The notes under the pieces: generated by a model
Databases searched by the model: none
Seen by the model: the letters and a program-made list of their open reading frames with translations, nothing else
Told to the model about the DNA's origin: nothing
Part shown: positions 21,201-34,384 of the stretch, one piece after another
Numbering within the stretch: position 1 is the stretch's first letter
Layout of the letters: the number at the start of each line of letters is the position of its first letter
From: Octopus sinensis
Taxonomy: Eukaryota
Direction: 5' to 3'
Assembly: GCF_006345805.1 (NCBI RefSeq)
Contig: NW_021834436.1
Location: 1 to 46,640, forward strand
Length of the DNA: 46,640 nt
Program-made: the position numbers and the translations under genes

Positions 21201-23074
21201 GGACGTACTAATCGTTGTCTGTCAAAGATGCAGATAAGTTTTTCCTTGCTACAGCAAACCTCTCCTTCCTATTCCCATCGAACGGCATTTGCTCCCTTAT
21301 CTCTATGAACATGCATCTTAGCTCTCACACCGCATTCGTTGTCATTCAAATGTCATATTCACCTCCAGTACTTCAATCAGGATGCCGTTTGTTATAAATT
21401 GCTGACAAGCTTCCCATTTCATCTGTTTTCTATTGTTACTTCTTGACTCTATCCTGTTCCTTCACCTGTAATGAACCTACTTAGAGAGATCTACCAACTA
21501 CTGTTTGTTGCCGATTGTTCACTTCGATTCCTCCATAGCTATTACACTAAATCTGATCCCCGCAGGTTTCCGCGCTTGGACTGACGCATTTAGTTCCCAA
21601 AATAGTCCCCATTTTATCTGTCTCGTTGATGGCTATCACATTCATATCTGATGATCTGATGCTCAATACAAGTGACTTTGCTTCCAAGCCTTATCAGGCA
21701 ACACACATTTACATCACTGTCCTCAATATTTGTATTCTATACGAAATAAATGTAAAAGAATTCCTTCATCTGGATCTGGACAATTCGATCAATCCAGTTT
21801 TCTGCGTTTTCTAAAGACTTTGCTATATTTTAAGAGTCGCTTCAACTTGTAAAGATTTCGCGTCAAACAGGAACCTCCCCATAGTAAAAGATAACATAAT
21901 CTAGTACGGTCATCAGAAGACTAGCATTTGTCACCTTGGGAGTAGAATCTTATCCACGTCCTCCATTTGGAATTTTGTTTTATACATTCCAACAACACTC
22001 GGCGTTCTCCCGAAAGGAGAAAAATCAATTTGGGGAATATGCATGTGCGATTTTCTTGTGGTTGTTTCGTCAGCGTTGCTGTTTTTGTTAGTCACCTTCT
22101 CTTGCCATTTAATGATTGATGATACTGCATGCGATTTACTTGGTCTCAAGTTCTACACTTCAACTATTATCGCATCCTCACTCTTCCTGTATATGAGGTC
22201 TGACATTTTTCTTTTTTCACTAGAAGAATTGCAGAGGTGTTCAGCTGAGTAATATCGGCACCATTATTCTGAGCCCTGACCTTTCTATGACGAACTTGGA
22301 CTAGAATCGGTGCCTCTCCATACTTTTGAAGCATCAAGCTAGAAAGAAATCTGAGTTAACAATAGTGACTTAACCAAAAAGGTTGTCAGTCAATAAATTT
22401 GCTTGAAGCAACAAAACGGCCTTTACTTGTTCACTTGACCTGCTAAAAACAACTGTGAAATAACATTCTACTGTTGTAGAAATGGATTGGATATATTTGA
22501 TAACGTAATAGTAAATATTCCTAAAATGATAGAAATGGCACGACTGGAACGCCTTTGAAGATGATGAACAACAAAAAATACAAGATTCAGCATTGCATGG
22601 CACTGGACGAAAGGCAATGCCGGTACGATGGAATTCGAACTCAGACCAAACAGTGATGTAGTAAAATGCCGCGAAACTATTCGTCCGGTGCCCAACCCAT
22701 ACAATCCCACTTTATAACACTGTTACTGCTACTCATGCTGCTGCTGCTACTACTACTACTACTACAACCCATTACCTTTTATTGTCACCAGTGCATTTAA
22801 TAATAATGCCATTGGTGTGTTTACATAAATATCCATTTTTAATGCTCTCATCAGAGAACGACTTCAATGATTTCCTTCCTAAACATTAAAGAGAAACGTT
22901 CTTTAGGAAAAGGACTCTGTTCCCTTCCTTTCTGGAAAAGTTAATAAACAAAGTCCTTATTTAACTTTCCCTCCCATTCTAAATGCGCTCCCCCACTGCT
23001 ACCTCCGCCACACACACACACACACACACACACAAACGCTTTTATTCTTGCTCCATCACTAACTTACCCCCTCT

Positions 23075-23258
23075 CACTCTCTATTCTCTCTCAGTCTATC
23101 TTTCTCACTTAGTCTCTCTCTTTCTTTCTCTCTCCCTCTCTGCTTCTTAGTTTCTATTTTACACAAGTTCTTTCCGTCTCTACGTCTTCGTCTCTGTATC
23201 ACTCTGCTTCCCTTTGTACCTTCATCACTGGCTCTCTCTCTCCTTTTTTCCTGCCTTC

Positions 23259-23290
<32 letters not shown>

Positions 23291-23660
23291 ACTTGCACGA
23301 GCATTTCTAAGGCACACACACGCACGCACATACACACGCACACACACACACACTTTCTTTTGTTGCCTTTTCTCCTTCCTCACTGTCTTTATGACGCTCT
23401 TTTGTTTCTTCGTTTGTATCGATTTGCTTCTCTCTCTATCACTTACTTTCTCTCCCATTCCATCTCCCTCTCCTCCTCGCACATTCTTTTGTCTCTGTTT
23501 CTAGAATTCTCTTTATCTCTTCTCTCTCTCTCTCTCCCTATCTATCTATCTCTCTTCTTGTGTCTTTCACTCTCTTTGTCCCACTAACAAACACTCTTTC
23601 ACTCCTTCTATCTTCGCCTCTCTACCTACATTTCTGTCCCCCTCCGTATCTCTCATTTTC
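23075..23660. repeat. CT-rich/CA-rich low-complexity tract
   Basis: Seen directly. Confidence 0.85.
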
Positions 23661-24084
23661 TACAGAACAACGAAGTACCTAATTTCTTTCTAGCAATCAC
23701 TTGAAATAGACTACTAACCCAGCTATGAGATGCTTTATTTAACATACATCAATCATGCTTTTCTTCTGACCAGTGAAAACTACTATGAGTTTTGATCGCT
23801 TGCCTAAATACTACGGCCGAAGCTAAAAACACTTGTATGCTACAGTCGTACAGTATATTGATTACTATCTCAACGTTTGATATACAACTTTATACTTGGT
23901 GTCAACCGACAGACAATCACTCCATTAATACTCTTTCTCAACATAATCCGTGATTGGTCACTTCAAAACTAATAACATCTTTCGTACTTTATATTTCACC
24001 CCCGCATTCACTTTCTTCCCAAGTCACCTCTCTGTCTATCTATATATATATATATACCTCTCTCTATCCTCTCTTTATCTCTCA

Positions 24085-24127
<43 letters not shown>

Positions 24128-24279
24128 CCCCTCCCACGTATCTTTAGAGCAAAATGTCTTCAGATACGACAAGACTGTTTTCATTACATTTTTACATTAC
24201 TAAAGACGAGGGACGATGATTACATTGGCAATAACAAATATTGAAACTACTAATGCTGTTGCGCTGCTGCTGCTGCTGT

Positions 24280-24318
<39 letters not shown>

Positions 24319-24353
24319 CAACAACAAAACCACCATTACCTCCAACATCAACA

Positions 24354-24730
24354 GTGGAGACGCAATGGCCCAGTGGTTAGGGCAGCGGACTCGCGATCGT
24401 AAGAACGCGGTTTCGATTCCCAGACCGGGTATTGTGAGTATTTATTGAGAAAAAACAGCTAAGCTCCACGAAGCTCCGGCGGGGAGAGGTGGTGAACTCA
24501 CCTGTCCTCTTTCGCCACAAGTTTCTCTCACTCTTTCTTCCTACTTCTACCACAAAGCAGAGGAACCATGGTGTAACCCACTATGGTGTGGTAAACTTTC
24601 AGACCCTACTTTAGATTGCGAATTCTCTGTACCCTCTGGATGGTTCAGCTCTCCACCCGTTAAAAGTCACCGTATACGGAATGAGGATAACAACGTAGCT
24701 TTTGCGCCCGTGCAACCGCCAGTCTATCGC
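24354..24730 (+). mobile_element. tRNA-derived SINE with clear Pol III boxes
   Basis: A box TGGCCCAGTGG (24366-24376) and B box GGTTTCGATTCC (24409-24420). No tRNA acceptor stem, and the body continues about 300 bp. The 3' end is approximate. Confidence 0.8.
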
Positions 24731-24750
24731 GTGTGGTGGAGAGGGAGAGG

Positions 24751-24784
<34 letters not shown>

Positions 24785-24944
24785 CAGACAGGCACACAGA
24801 CAGAGAAGAAGAAGAAGAAGAAGAAGAAGAAGAAGAAAAGAAGAAGACAACAACAAAGCATCACGGTCGTGACCATCACGATAATGATAATGATGATGAC
24901 AATGATGATAGTAATTGTTTCCGATTTAGGCACAAGGAAGTATT

Positions 24945-25075
24945 CTCATTTCATCAATCCTGAAAGAATGAAAGGCGAAGTTGATCATGGCAGTATTTGA
25001 ACTCAGAATTTAAAGAATCAGAATAGATACCTGCAACGCATTATTCCGACACCGTAATGGTTTTGCAAGCTCGGC
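24945..25075 (-). mobile_element. SINE fragment (second family)
   Basis: Inverse of GAGTTCAAATACTGCCATGATCAACTTCGCCTTTCATTC. Confidence 0.7.
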
Positions 25076-25149
25076 ATGATTTCTTTCCCTTGTCACACGA
25101 GTAATGCGAACGTGGTAGCTGGGGTTTCCTAACAATAAGGAATAACAAA

Positions 25150-25885
25150 ATCGAAAAAAAAAAACAAGAAAATTCCAACAAAAATAAAATTCTCCATAGG
25201 GTGGTCACTATTGAGGGCTATTTAAGAGATACTCCACAAAAACCTGGATCACCATGGTAACGAAGGAAGGCGCCCTTTTTTGGCTATCGTCTTTCTACTT
25301 ATAACCATATGCACAGAGCAAGCCCATTTACCCGCACCGGTTTAGCTTCTCTGACCTGCTTTCAAAAGATTTACTGGATGGCATCATTTGCCACTCTCCC
25401 TTCATTTTTCTTTCTAGATGAAACTTGAGAAAGTCGATGAAAGCTCGGTCAAAGAGAAATGAGTCTGTCTTCCGTCCTTTCAAGTTGATCTTTTGCCATA
25501 TTTCTAGAAAAAGGAAAATTGTATTACCTTTCTCGGCCAAAAGAAGGTGATGGGAGATTTCTACAACTGACTCGGCTGAGACGGTTTCGTCCCACCTGCG
25601 ATTAACGGTTGTTTGACAAAACTCCTCCATTCAACAAGGCCTCGAACATTTAAAGATTGCAGGCAGTATAGTTTTGTCCCTCAGTATGCATCTCAGACTG
25701 GTCCTGCTAACAGCACTTCCATGCTCCTGAGTTTATTGCGAATTAGCAACACCCACATTATCACTGCAAGAATATAGATTTCTGTAAGTTATCCATACTT
25801 CTGGTGGAGGGTGGGAATCGCTTGGAGACATTCCAGATGCTATGTACCTATTTTTTGGCCTTCATTTGACCAAGGCTACAGTACT
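25150..25885 (-). mobile_element. Tx1/L1-clade LINE 3' end (Cys-rich C-terminus plus 3' UTR)
   Basis: MDNLQKS...RNKL; CILRDKTILPAIFKC (degenerate CCHC); FIDFLKFHLERKMKGEWQMMPSSKSFESR. Confidence 0.6.
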
Positions 25886-25911
25886 GTTAAGAACATTAGC
25901 TATGGAAATAA

Positions 25912-25941
25912 CACTACTACTACTACTACTACTACTACTAT

Positions 25942-25997
<56 letters not shown>

Positions 25998-26070
25998 ATA
26001 ATAATAATAATAAAATAATAATAATAATAATAATAATATAATAATAATAATAACACCAACAACAACAACA
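25912..26070. repeat. (TAC)n-(TAA)n-(CAA)n microsatellite
   Basis: Seen directly. Confidence 0.95.
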
Positions 26071-27527
26071 TCCATCCTCGTGGAGAAAACATACAAATTT
26101 TGGGAACAGAACAATATTTTTCCCATGACTTAAAACTCTATGGCAAAGACGATAATGAGCTTGAAGGATTGCTACGTACTATCAAAGCATTCAGTGATGA
26201 CATTGGGATGGAATTTAGTCTTGATAAATGTGCCAAGGTCACTTTCCAGAAAGGGGAAACTGAAGACCTCACATTCAGTTGAGTTGGATGTTGACACAGT
26301 CATAAAAGAACTTGAGCAGGAACCAACTTACAAATACCCCGGAATAAATGAAGGCTCTGGCATTCAGCATGTAAGTATGAAAGAGAAGATCAGGAAGGAA
26401 TGTTACAGGAAAGTTCGAGTAATCCTAAAATTCGAGTTAAATGCACGTAACAAGGTGTTAGCAGTTCCGGTTGTTATTTACAAAACTGGAATATGTGCGA
26501 AATAAGACAGATTGACAGGAAAATCCGTAAGGTGCTGACTTGCAATAAGATGCACCACCCAATGGTAGACGCAGATCGGCCGAAATCTCTTACAAAACCA
26601 CCACAACTGGACTGGCCAAATAATATCTTGAACATCTAACGGCTGAATGGTAAAACTCGTTGAAAACCACGATAGACGTAAGAAGCTTCATTCTGTTATG
26701 GAATGCAAAAAATCTGCTTGTGTGCGTTATACTCAGATTGAACAGCATGATGGAAGTGCGGTAACTGTAGTTGCAAAGAAGATGAAATCAATGGCAAAGC
26801 AAAGAGGCTGATAGGTGGGAACAAAAACCTCTGCATGGCAAATATGTGGCTTGTAGCAAACCAGAAGCACACCCATTAGTGACTACGGAGCTCAAGGCTA
26901 AAAGCAGAGTGCTAAGGCTTTATCTTGACTGCTCAAGATCAGAGCTTATTGACTCAGAACTATCAAGCCAATATGATGGAAAATGGAGTAGACCCAAAGT
27001 GCCGATACTGCAACGATGAGATTGAAACAGTGGACCACTCAATCTCTGGGTGTAAGGTTTTAGCAACTGTAGATATAAATCAAGACGTGACAGAGTTGGC
27101 CAACATCTACACTGGATAATATTCGGCATTATAAAATCAAAACTGCTGACAAATGGTACAATCATCCCTCTGGGGTTGTAACTGAGGGAGGAAATGTAAC
27201 GATTCTTTGGGATATCCCAGTAATTAGACCGGACCATCAAAACAAATAAGCCAGATATTGTTGTGAAAGACCAAAACAATAAATTTTGGTTATTGATTGA
27301 CATGAGCATACCCTGTTACCATAATATCTCGGTAAAAGAATTTGATAAGCACGGTAAATATAAAGGTTTGCTAATCGAAATCGAAAAGATGTGGAATATC
27401 CAGACGGTTACAATACCAGCGATAGTAGCAGCAATTGGAATGATTAAAAAAGAAGTGAAAATTATTTGAGAATGATCCCTGGTTTACCATCCATGCAGGA
27501 AGTGCAAAAGATTGTCTTCACTGGTAA
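26070..27527 (+). pseudogene. R4/Dong-clade non-LTR retrotransposon: RT C-half, CCHC knuckle and restriction-like endonuclease
   Basis: DLKLYGKDDNELEGLL...GMEFSLDKCAK; YKYPGI; AQDQSLLT; CRYCNDEIETVDHSISGC; NKPDIVVKD...LIDMSIP...KY..L..EIEKMW; QKIVFTG. Truncated before its 3' end. Confidence 0.93.
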
Positions 27528-27724
27528 CGTCATGGGCATTGAGAACAGCATCGCCGCTATGAATTTTCTTTCCTTTTTTGCCCTTTATTTTATTTGTTTA
27601 CTTATATATTTTTATTTTCCCTTTTTCTCTCTGTCTTTCTTACCCCTTTTTTCTATCACATTACTTCGTAAATGAACGATCTGATGTGTATATTTTAATG
27701 TCCTACTAATGTTCTATGACCTTC

Positions 27725-28400
27725 TTCATTCAGGGTGAGGAGCGGTGTTCCCATTCGCAGATGTAGGACCGAGACCCTAAGTTGTCACTAGGTCACACGA
27801 AGGCGACCATTTGGCATCTGCCACCAATGTGCAGATCCGGACTAGTAGGTTCTAATTTCACAAAAACCTTCTCCCAACATCCTTACCCCATCGCCGTTGG
27901 GCTTTTGTTGTAAAAAGAAAGTAGGGGGAAGAGTTAAATCAATAAGAAACCAGCCAATGGCGTGAGTTTGTTTAAGGTGGAGATCCCCTTGCCAACGGAG
28001 TCCCCACGCAATATGGCCCAAAATCCCTCTGCAGTGGCACTACCTAGGGTGACATACGAGTTTCTAAGATGGGCTGCAACTGAACGCCGCAAACTCCAAT
28101 GTCATTAGAGTTGCGCTTTTCTAGCCAGTCCATTTGACATTGCCCTCTTCCGCTAGGATCAATCGATCTTGTTTTTAGTTCTGCTAGGTACCCTCCAAGA
28201 TGCAGCAAACAGAACGAAGAGCGGAGCCGTTTTAGTCGCCGATGACTAGACCATGACTGAAAGGAGCAAGAGCACATGATTACCTGTCGTCTTCAAGAAG
28301 AGGCCCTCAGCATCAGGGGCTGCCAATGTAAACAGTGAGTTTCTCTGTCCTAGGTGCCACGAAGATACGCGGAAAGAAACGGAAGCAGAATTTAAAGACG
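27725..28400. other. Unassigned GC-richer, hairpin-rich segment ending at (TAA)n
   Basis: Composition contrasts with the flanks and several local hairpins are present, but I recognise no protein motif. Confidence 0.35.
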
Positions 28401-29164
<764 letters not shown>

Positions 29165-29179
29165 AATAATAATAATAAT

Positions 29180-29305
29180 AATCCTTTCTACTATAGGCAG
29201 AAGAACTGAAATTTTGAGGGTGAGGGATAGTGGATTGCAGCGACCCCAGTACGCAACTGGTACGTGTTTGATCGACCCGGAAAGGATGATAGTCGACCTC
29301 GGCGG
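29180..29305 (-). mobile_element. SINE 3' fragment (second family)
   Basis: CGACCCCAGTACGCAACTGGTAC...GACCCGGAAAGGATGA...GTCGACCTCGGCGGA. Confidence 0.65.
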
Positions 29306-29307
29306 AT

Positions 29308-29360
<53 letters not shown>

Positions 29361-29494
29361 GCACTACTACTACTACTTCTAATGCTGCTACTGCTGCTGC
29401 TGCTGCTACTACTACTACTACTACTACTACTACTAATGGTGTTTATAATGATGACGATGATGATGATTAACAGGTGATTATGTTTGACAGATAC

Positions 29495-29710
29495 AAACAG
29501 AATTGGGAAACCGAGTCGCTGAATACAGCAGTTCAGAAACAAGTCATTGGAACGAACTTGATAAAACCAATATTGCGATAACTCAGTCAGAGGATAAATA
29601 CAGAATCTTTGGAAATGGAATCGGAAGTATTAAACTTACGTTAAGATAAAAAAAAAAGAGAATACAAGAGCAGAAATGACCGACTGTAAGATAGTAATTT
29701 GGGATGTTAG
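29495..29710 (+). mobile_element. R4/Dong remnant
   Basis: ETESLNTAVQKQVIGTNLIK (cf. ETEGxIxAAQDQxLxT) and KSRNDRL..IW. Confidence 0.55.
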
Positions 29711-30199
29711 TCAAGTTTGTGGATTCGGAGGCTATGATGGTAAATTATTTTTACTAGATTTTATGAGATTGATCCACAGAGACTGTCAATTAAAGCAAGG
29801 AAACCAGTTATGCTTATAAGAAAGAAAACCAAAACAAAAAAAAACAAAAACAAAAAAGGAAAATTATAATATCATACATTTTGTAATATCAATGACAGTA
29901 GAGCAAGTATCAAAGAAACTGAGAAAATTAAGAAATACCAGGGTTTAGCCTGATATGGAACAGTGGCGACGTGTTTGGACCTACTCATTTGGAAGCGCAC
30001 AATAAATTACAATTTCCATTTGTCACCTGTACTTCAAAGGATGCAGAAGTGAAACGGGAGTAAATAATCTTCTCAAAATAAAAAAAAAAGCGGGATTGGG
30101 GTCTGAGAAGTCATATACGGAAACAAAATGCCAGATATGCCACTGACAGCGAGGATATACTAGTAGACTCCAATCATCTCTAAAGGTACAGCAATCAAT

Positions 30200-30212
30200 A
30201 TGAATGTGTGTT

Positions 30213-30256
<44 letters not shown>

Positions 30257-30316
30257 TACGTATTTATGTATGTATGTATGAATGTATGTATGTATGTATG
30301 TATGTATGTATGTATG

Positions 30317-30367
<51 letters not shown>

Positions 30368-30484
30368 TATATATATTATATATATATATATTTAGCGGAA
30401 GTAACGAAGTAGTTCAAGGGCCGACAGTTTCAAATAGTTTGATAAGTGCCTGCGCACGAAACTTTTGGGCCTTGTTGCTTCTGT

Positions 30485-30526
<42 letters not shown>

Positions 30527-30531
30527 TAATA

Positions 30532-30580
<49 letters not shown>
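30200..30580. repeat. (TG)n-(TATG)n-(TA)n and (TAA)n microsatellites
   Basis: Seen directly. Confidence 0.9.
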
Positions 30581-30581
<1 letters not shown>

Positions 30582-30904
30582 TACATTTACTCATATTGTG
30601 AGTTCTATTTTAGTGTTTGTATCGCCATACTTGTGTGATAAACGACAGTTGATAAACAAGAAACTTTAAACAGTTAAATCGAAGGATATCAAAGTAAAGA
30701 CCCTGAAGAAACTTCACCGTTATTATAGTAGGGTTGTAATTGCAACGGTTACTAATCGATGCAGTGTACGTCTATATAAAGTTGTACACACACACGCGCG
30801 CGCGCGCGCACACACAGACACACAGACACACAGACATGAAAAAAGTTAAAGGCAATGATATGCAACTTAGTAATAATCCTTATTATTATTATAAGATAAG
30901 ATAA

Positions 30905-31142
30905 AGACCCATTTCGGTCATGAATGTTACCCTCCGAAGCTCAAGTCCGGCCAAGGTTGTTTATGGAAAACCAGTAGTCGCACCGATGTTACTCAAGGGA
31001 AAGGCAAAGGGGCCGATATAGTTTGGCATCAGTGACGTCACAACTCATTTCTACAGATGATTGAACTGAAGCAATGTGAAATAAAGTGTTTTTCTCAAAA
31101 CACAGCACACAGCCTGGTCCGGGATTCGAACTCACGACCACC
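30905..31142 (-). mobile_element. tRNA-derived SINE (third family)
   Basis: Minus strand GGTCGTGAGTTCGAATCCCGGACC (B box), then GTGTTTTGAGAAAAACACTTTATTTCACATTGCT. Confidence 0.8.
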
Positions 31143-32374
31143 AACGCTCTTACTCACACTATCTCTCTCTTTCAGTGTGTGTGTGCGTGTGTGTATGTAT
31201 GTAAGCATATAAATTTCCATACAACTGCGCTGCAAGCCACTGCCTTTATCCGTTGTCGACTTGACATCACAATGACTGCATCTTCTTCTGTCGACAGCAT
31301 TTCTTCGTCAAACGATGCCAAGCAGCATTAATGCGTCCAAGAGAGATCCGGATTTTTTTACTAGTACCAAAGCGCACTTTCCTTTTATATCGCCACCATA
31401 TCACAAGTTAACATTTTAGATGATGTTTTAAGCTAAAATACTACACCAAAAACTAAATCTATTTATAGTTATAACCTTATTTTAATTATAAAACCTAATT
31501 TGTATTTATCGTGATCATGTCCCGGTTTTGGCATTGGTGCACCACGTGAGATCACTTTCTCATTTATATGCCAGGGGACATTTTTCTTCTAGCAGACCAG
31601 CTGCTTTCCATGCAGCAGGTTTTCCTTCTTCATGACTCTGATGGCATTAGAAAAAAAAACAGATTGGATGGTTTGATATTTGTGTTGTAACAGGCGATTC
31701 ACAGGTCAAAGAGCCAAAATACTGCAAGGTATTTAATTTTAACAATCCTACTAACCCTCAGGCCTTAAATGGTATTTTATTTTGTCGAAACCCAGAAGGA
31801 TGAAGAATAAAGCTGATCTTTGTGCGATTCAAAACCAAGAAATATGAAAACCAGTGCAAATAATATGAGGTATTCTTTGACGCACTTATGCTGTGACATC
31901 GTAAGAGAAGTGAAATGACTTTTAGTTAAAGATTGAAAAACGAAAAACTGTTGGTACGCTGCCACAGTTGTCTAACCGCAACGGTGAATCCGCGGGCGTG
32001 TAAACATAATTATGAAAGATTTTCAAATATTCATAACTATCGCTTATTTATTGCTCATTCATTTTGTACATTTATCATTGTCATTCAGTTTTAATATTTT
32101 AATTTAACTTAAAGTATTCGTTTGTTCTTTTTCTTTCTTCATTTGAATTAATGTGAAAAATATTTTTATCGTAGTGTTTTATGGTTGTTTTGTTCCCCTA
32201 CAACTTTCATTTTTTGTTTTTTAAATATGAATAAATTTTACCTTATTTCAGACAGCTCATTACGGAATGTCTAGTAGGTAAAAAAAAAAGAAAAAAAATG
32301 AACGAATTTATGAAGCAACCCAATATACTGGATCGTGGAAATATTCTGAATATAATATCAACTTTAAGCATCAT

Positions 32375-32534
32375 CGTAAAGTATAACAGCCATCTCAATA
32401 TGGCTAACCACAAAGTGGGGGTGTTACTGTAGCTTTTAGCCCCAGGAGATCGACGTTAGCCATATTGAGATGGCTGTTATACTTTACGTTGTTGAGCGGT
32501 TACTGTTTACATCTCGCTCTGAGATTTAATAATG
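32375..32534. mobile_element. Miniature relative of the family B inverted-repeat element
   Basis: Perfect 34-bp inverted repeat (32375-32408 / 32455-32488). Shares CAGCCATCT..AT.TGGCTA, GTGGGGGTGTTACTG...TTTAGCCCCAGG and the 35-nt tail GAGCGGTTACTGTTTACATCTCGCTCTGAGATTTA. Flanked by the 13-bp direct repeat CTTTAAGCATCAT (32362-32374 / 32535-32547). Confidence 0.85.
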
Positions 32535-33079
32535 CTTTAAGCATCATGTTATTCATAAACGTTAAAAACGGTATAGTACTACAATGATAGAAATTTAACA
32601 GCAGAGAATCGCTGAAAGTTCAAGGCCTGCAATATATGCAGCTTTTACTGGAAGTCTGAGTTGGCACTGAGCCAGACAATTTTGAGAAGGATGCAGTCGA
32701 TTAATTGGACTCCATTACTCATTTTATTAATGTCAACTCCGGGAGAAATTGAATTCAGAATGCAAAGGGACGTAACTAATTACTGCGAGTTATTCATTCC
32801 GGGGTGCCATCAATGCTGCAATGTTTCTTGGGACTTCAGGTCGATAAATGACTATAGTGACTATATGCTTGTCATGGAGCTTTGTGAAAGAATACAAAGT
32901 TAGCTTGCTGTTGTCTCCCTTCTGTTATTTCAAACAAGTCACGAAACTATCGGCAAGATACTATCATCATGTTTGCCATTTCCAACAAAGTAACCAACGT
33001 AAAGAACCGGAAATTGCGAAGTATTTTATTCAACACGCTCATATCTCTACCAATCAATAACCCTACACTGGATCTCCTT

Positions 33080-33330
33080 TTTACCAAAATTGGATGATTG
33101 GAAAGATAAAACTGACCTCGACGAAATATTTAAACCTACAACGTAAAGAGCTGTATAACATTTTTGCCTAACGCTCTAACAGTTCTGCCAATCCACCGCC
33201 TTCAATTGGTACTACATGTTATCAAACCCGGAAGAATGAAAGGCAACACGATGGAATTTTAACTCAAAACCTAAGGAACCGGGACGAATACCGCAATGCA
33301 TTTATTCCGATTCTATCAATTCACCGCCCT
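33080..33330 (-). mobile_element. Two tandem degenerate SINE copies (second family)
   Basis: Two successive ...GAAAG(A/C)...AACTC...TTCTGCCAATCCACCGCC / AATTCACCGCC ends. Confidence 0.6.
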
Positions 33331-33587
33331 TATCCCAGCGTTCTTCTTACTATCTACCATTTCTTTTTAAAATGCTTCAATTAGCGAATTCTATACGAGT
33401 TTCCTATACACATCCCTGTGCAATATCAGGGAAACATGAGATTACATAAACCTCGTGATTTGTCGCGTTAAACTAAGAGAAAAGTCTTGTCTCATATTTA
33501 CAAGAACCAAGTGATTAATATTGCATATAAGTAGTTTTATGCATGTTTTGCGATTCTGTGTACGTTTGTGTGTGTGTGTGTGTGTGT

Positions 33588-33628
<41 letters not shown>

Positions 33629-34384
33629 GCGTGTGTGTGTGTGTGTGTGCGTGTGTGTGTGTGTCTTTGTATGTGTGTAATTGTGTTTATGCACATTTAT
33701 GCGTGTTTGTCTTTCAGTTTACATTTTTACATTTTTAGCTGGCTATGTTTAAAGTATTTATTCACACTCCCCCTTTAATGACAATTCCATTCATCTAACA
33801 TTGATTCTTTCCACCTCGGCACCATATACAAAAAAAAAAGAAGAAATGAAAAGGAACAAAGGCGAAAAATAAAATAATCATCAATAGTTTATCACTCGTT
33901 TGGAAATATTCTTGCAGGGCTAATCTTTAACGAAGACCGAAGCTCATACGACCTTAACAACAATCTCTATGTCAATGTATCAATCTGGCCATTCACCAAG
34001 CACGCTCGCCAATTTTCTCTTTTATCCCTTCGCCCATTAAAACATTACCCATCATCCTTTCTTTCTAACGGAATCATATCAATAAACATTAATCACGGGA
34101 TATTGTTTGACAAGGACAACAAGCCAGCCAATTTACTGCAATAATCTTCAACTTAAATTGTCAACACCACAAGCTGTTAACACCGCTCGCTGTCAGCACC
34201 GCAGTCAACTCTCTACAAACAGTCAAACACCACATGCGAGAGAACTTTTACGAGCAGATATCTCTACAAACAAAAAAAAATGATAAAATAAAAATAAAAA
34301 AAGGTAATAAATAGAAAAGTAAAATAACACTGCAAGAATTATAAGACCACATTTTCTTAACATCACAGACAGACACACTACTGT

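Noticed and set aside
24354-24430. tRNA gene
   Set aside because: A and B boxes are present, but there is no cloverleaf closure and it continues into a SINE body.
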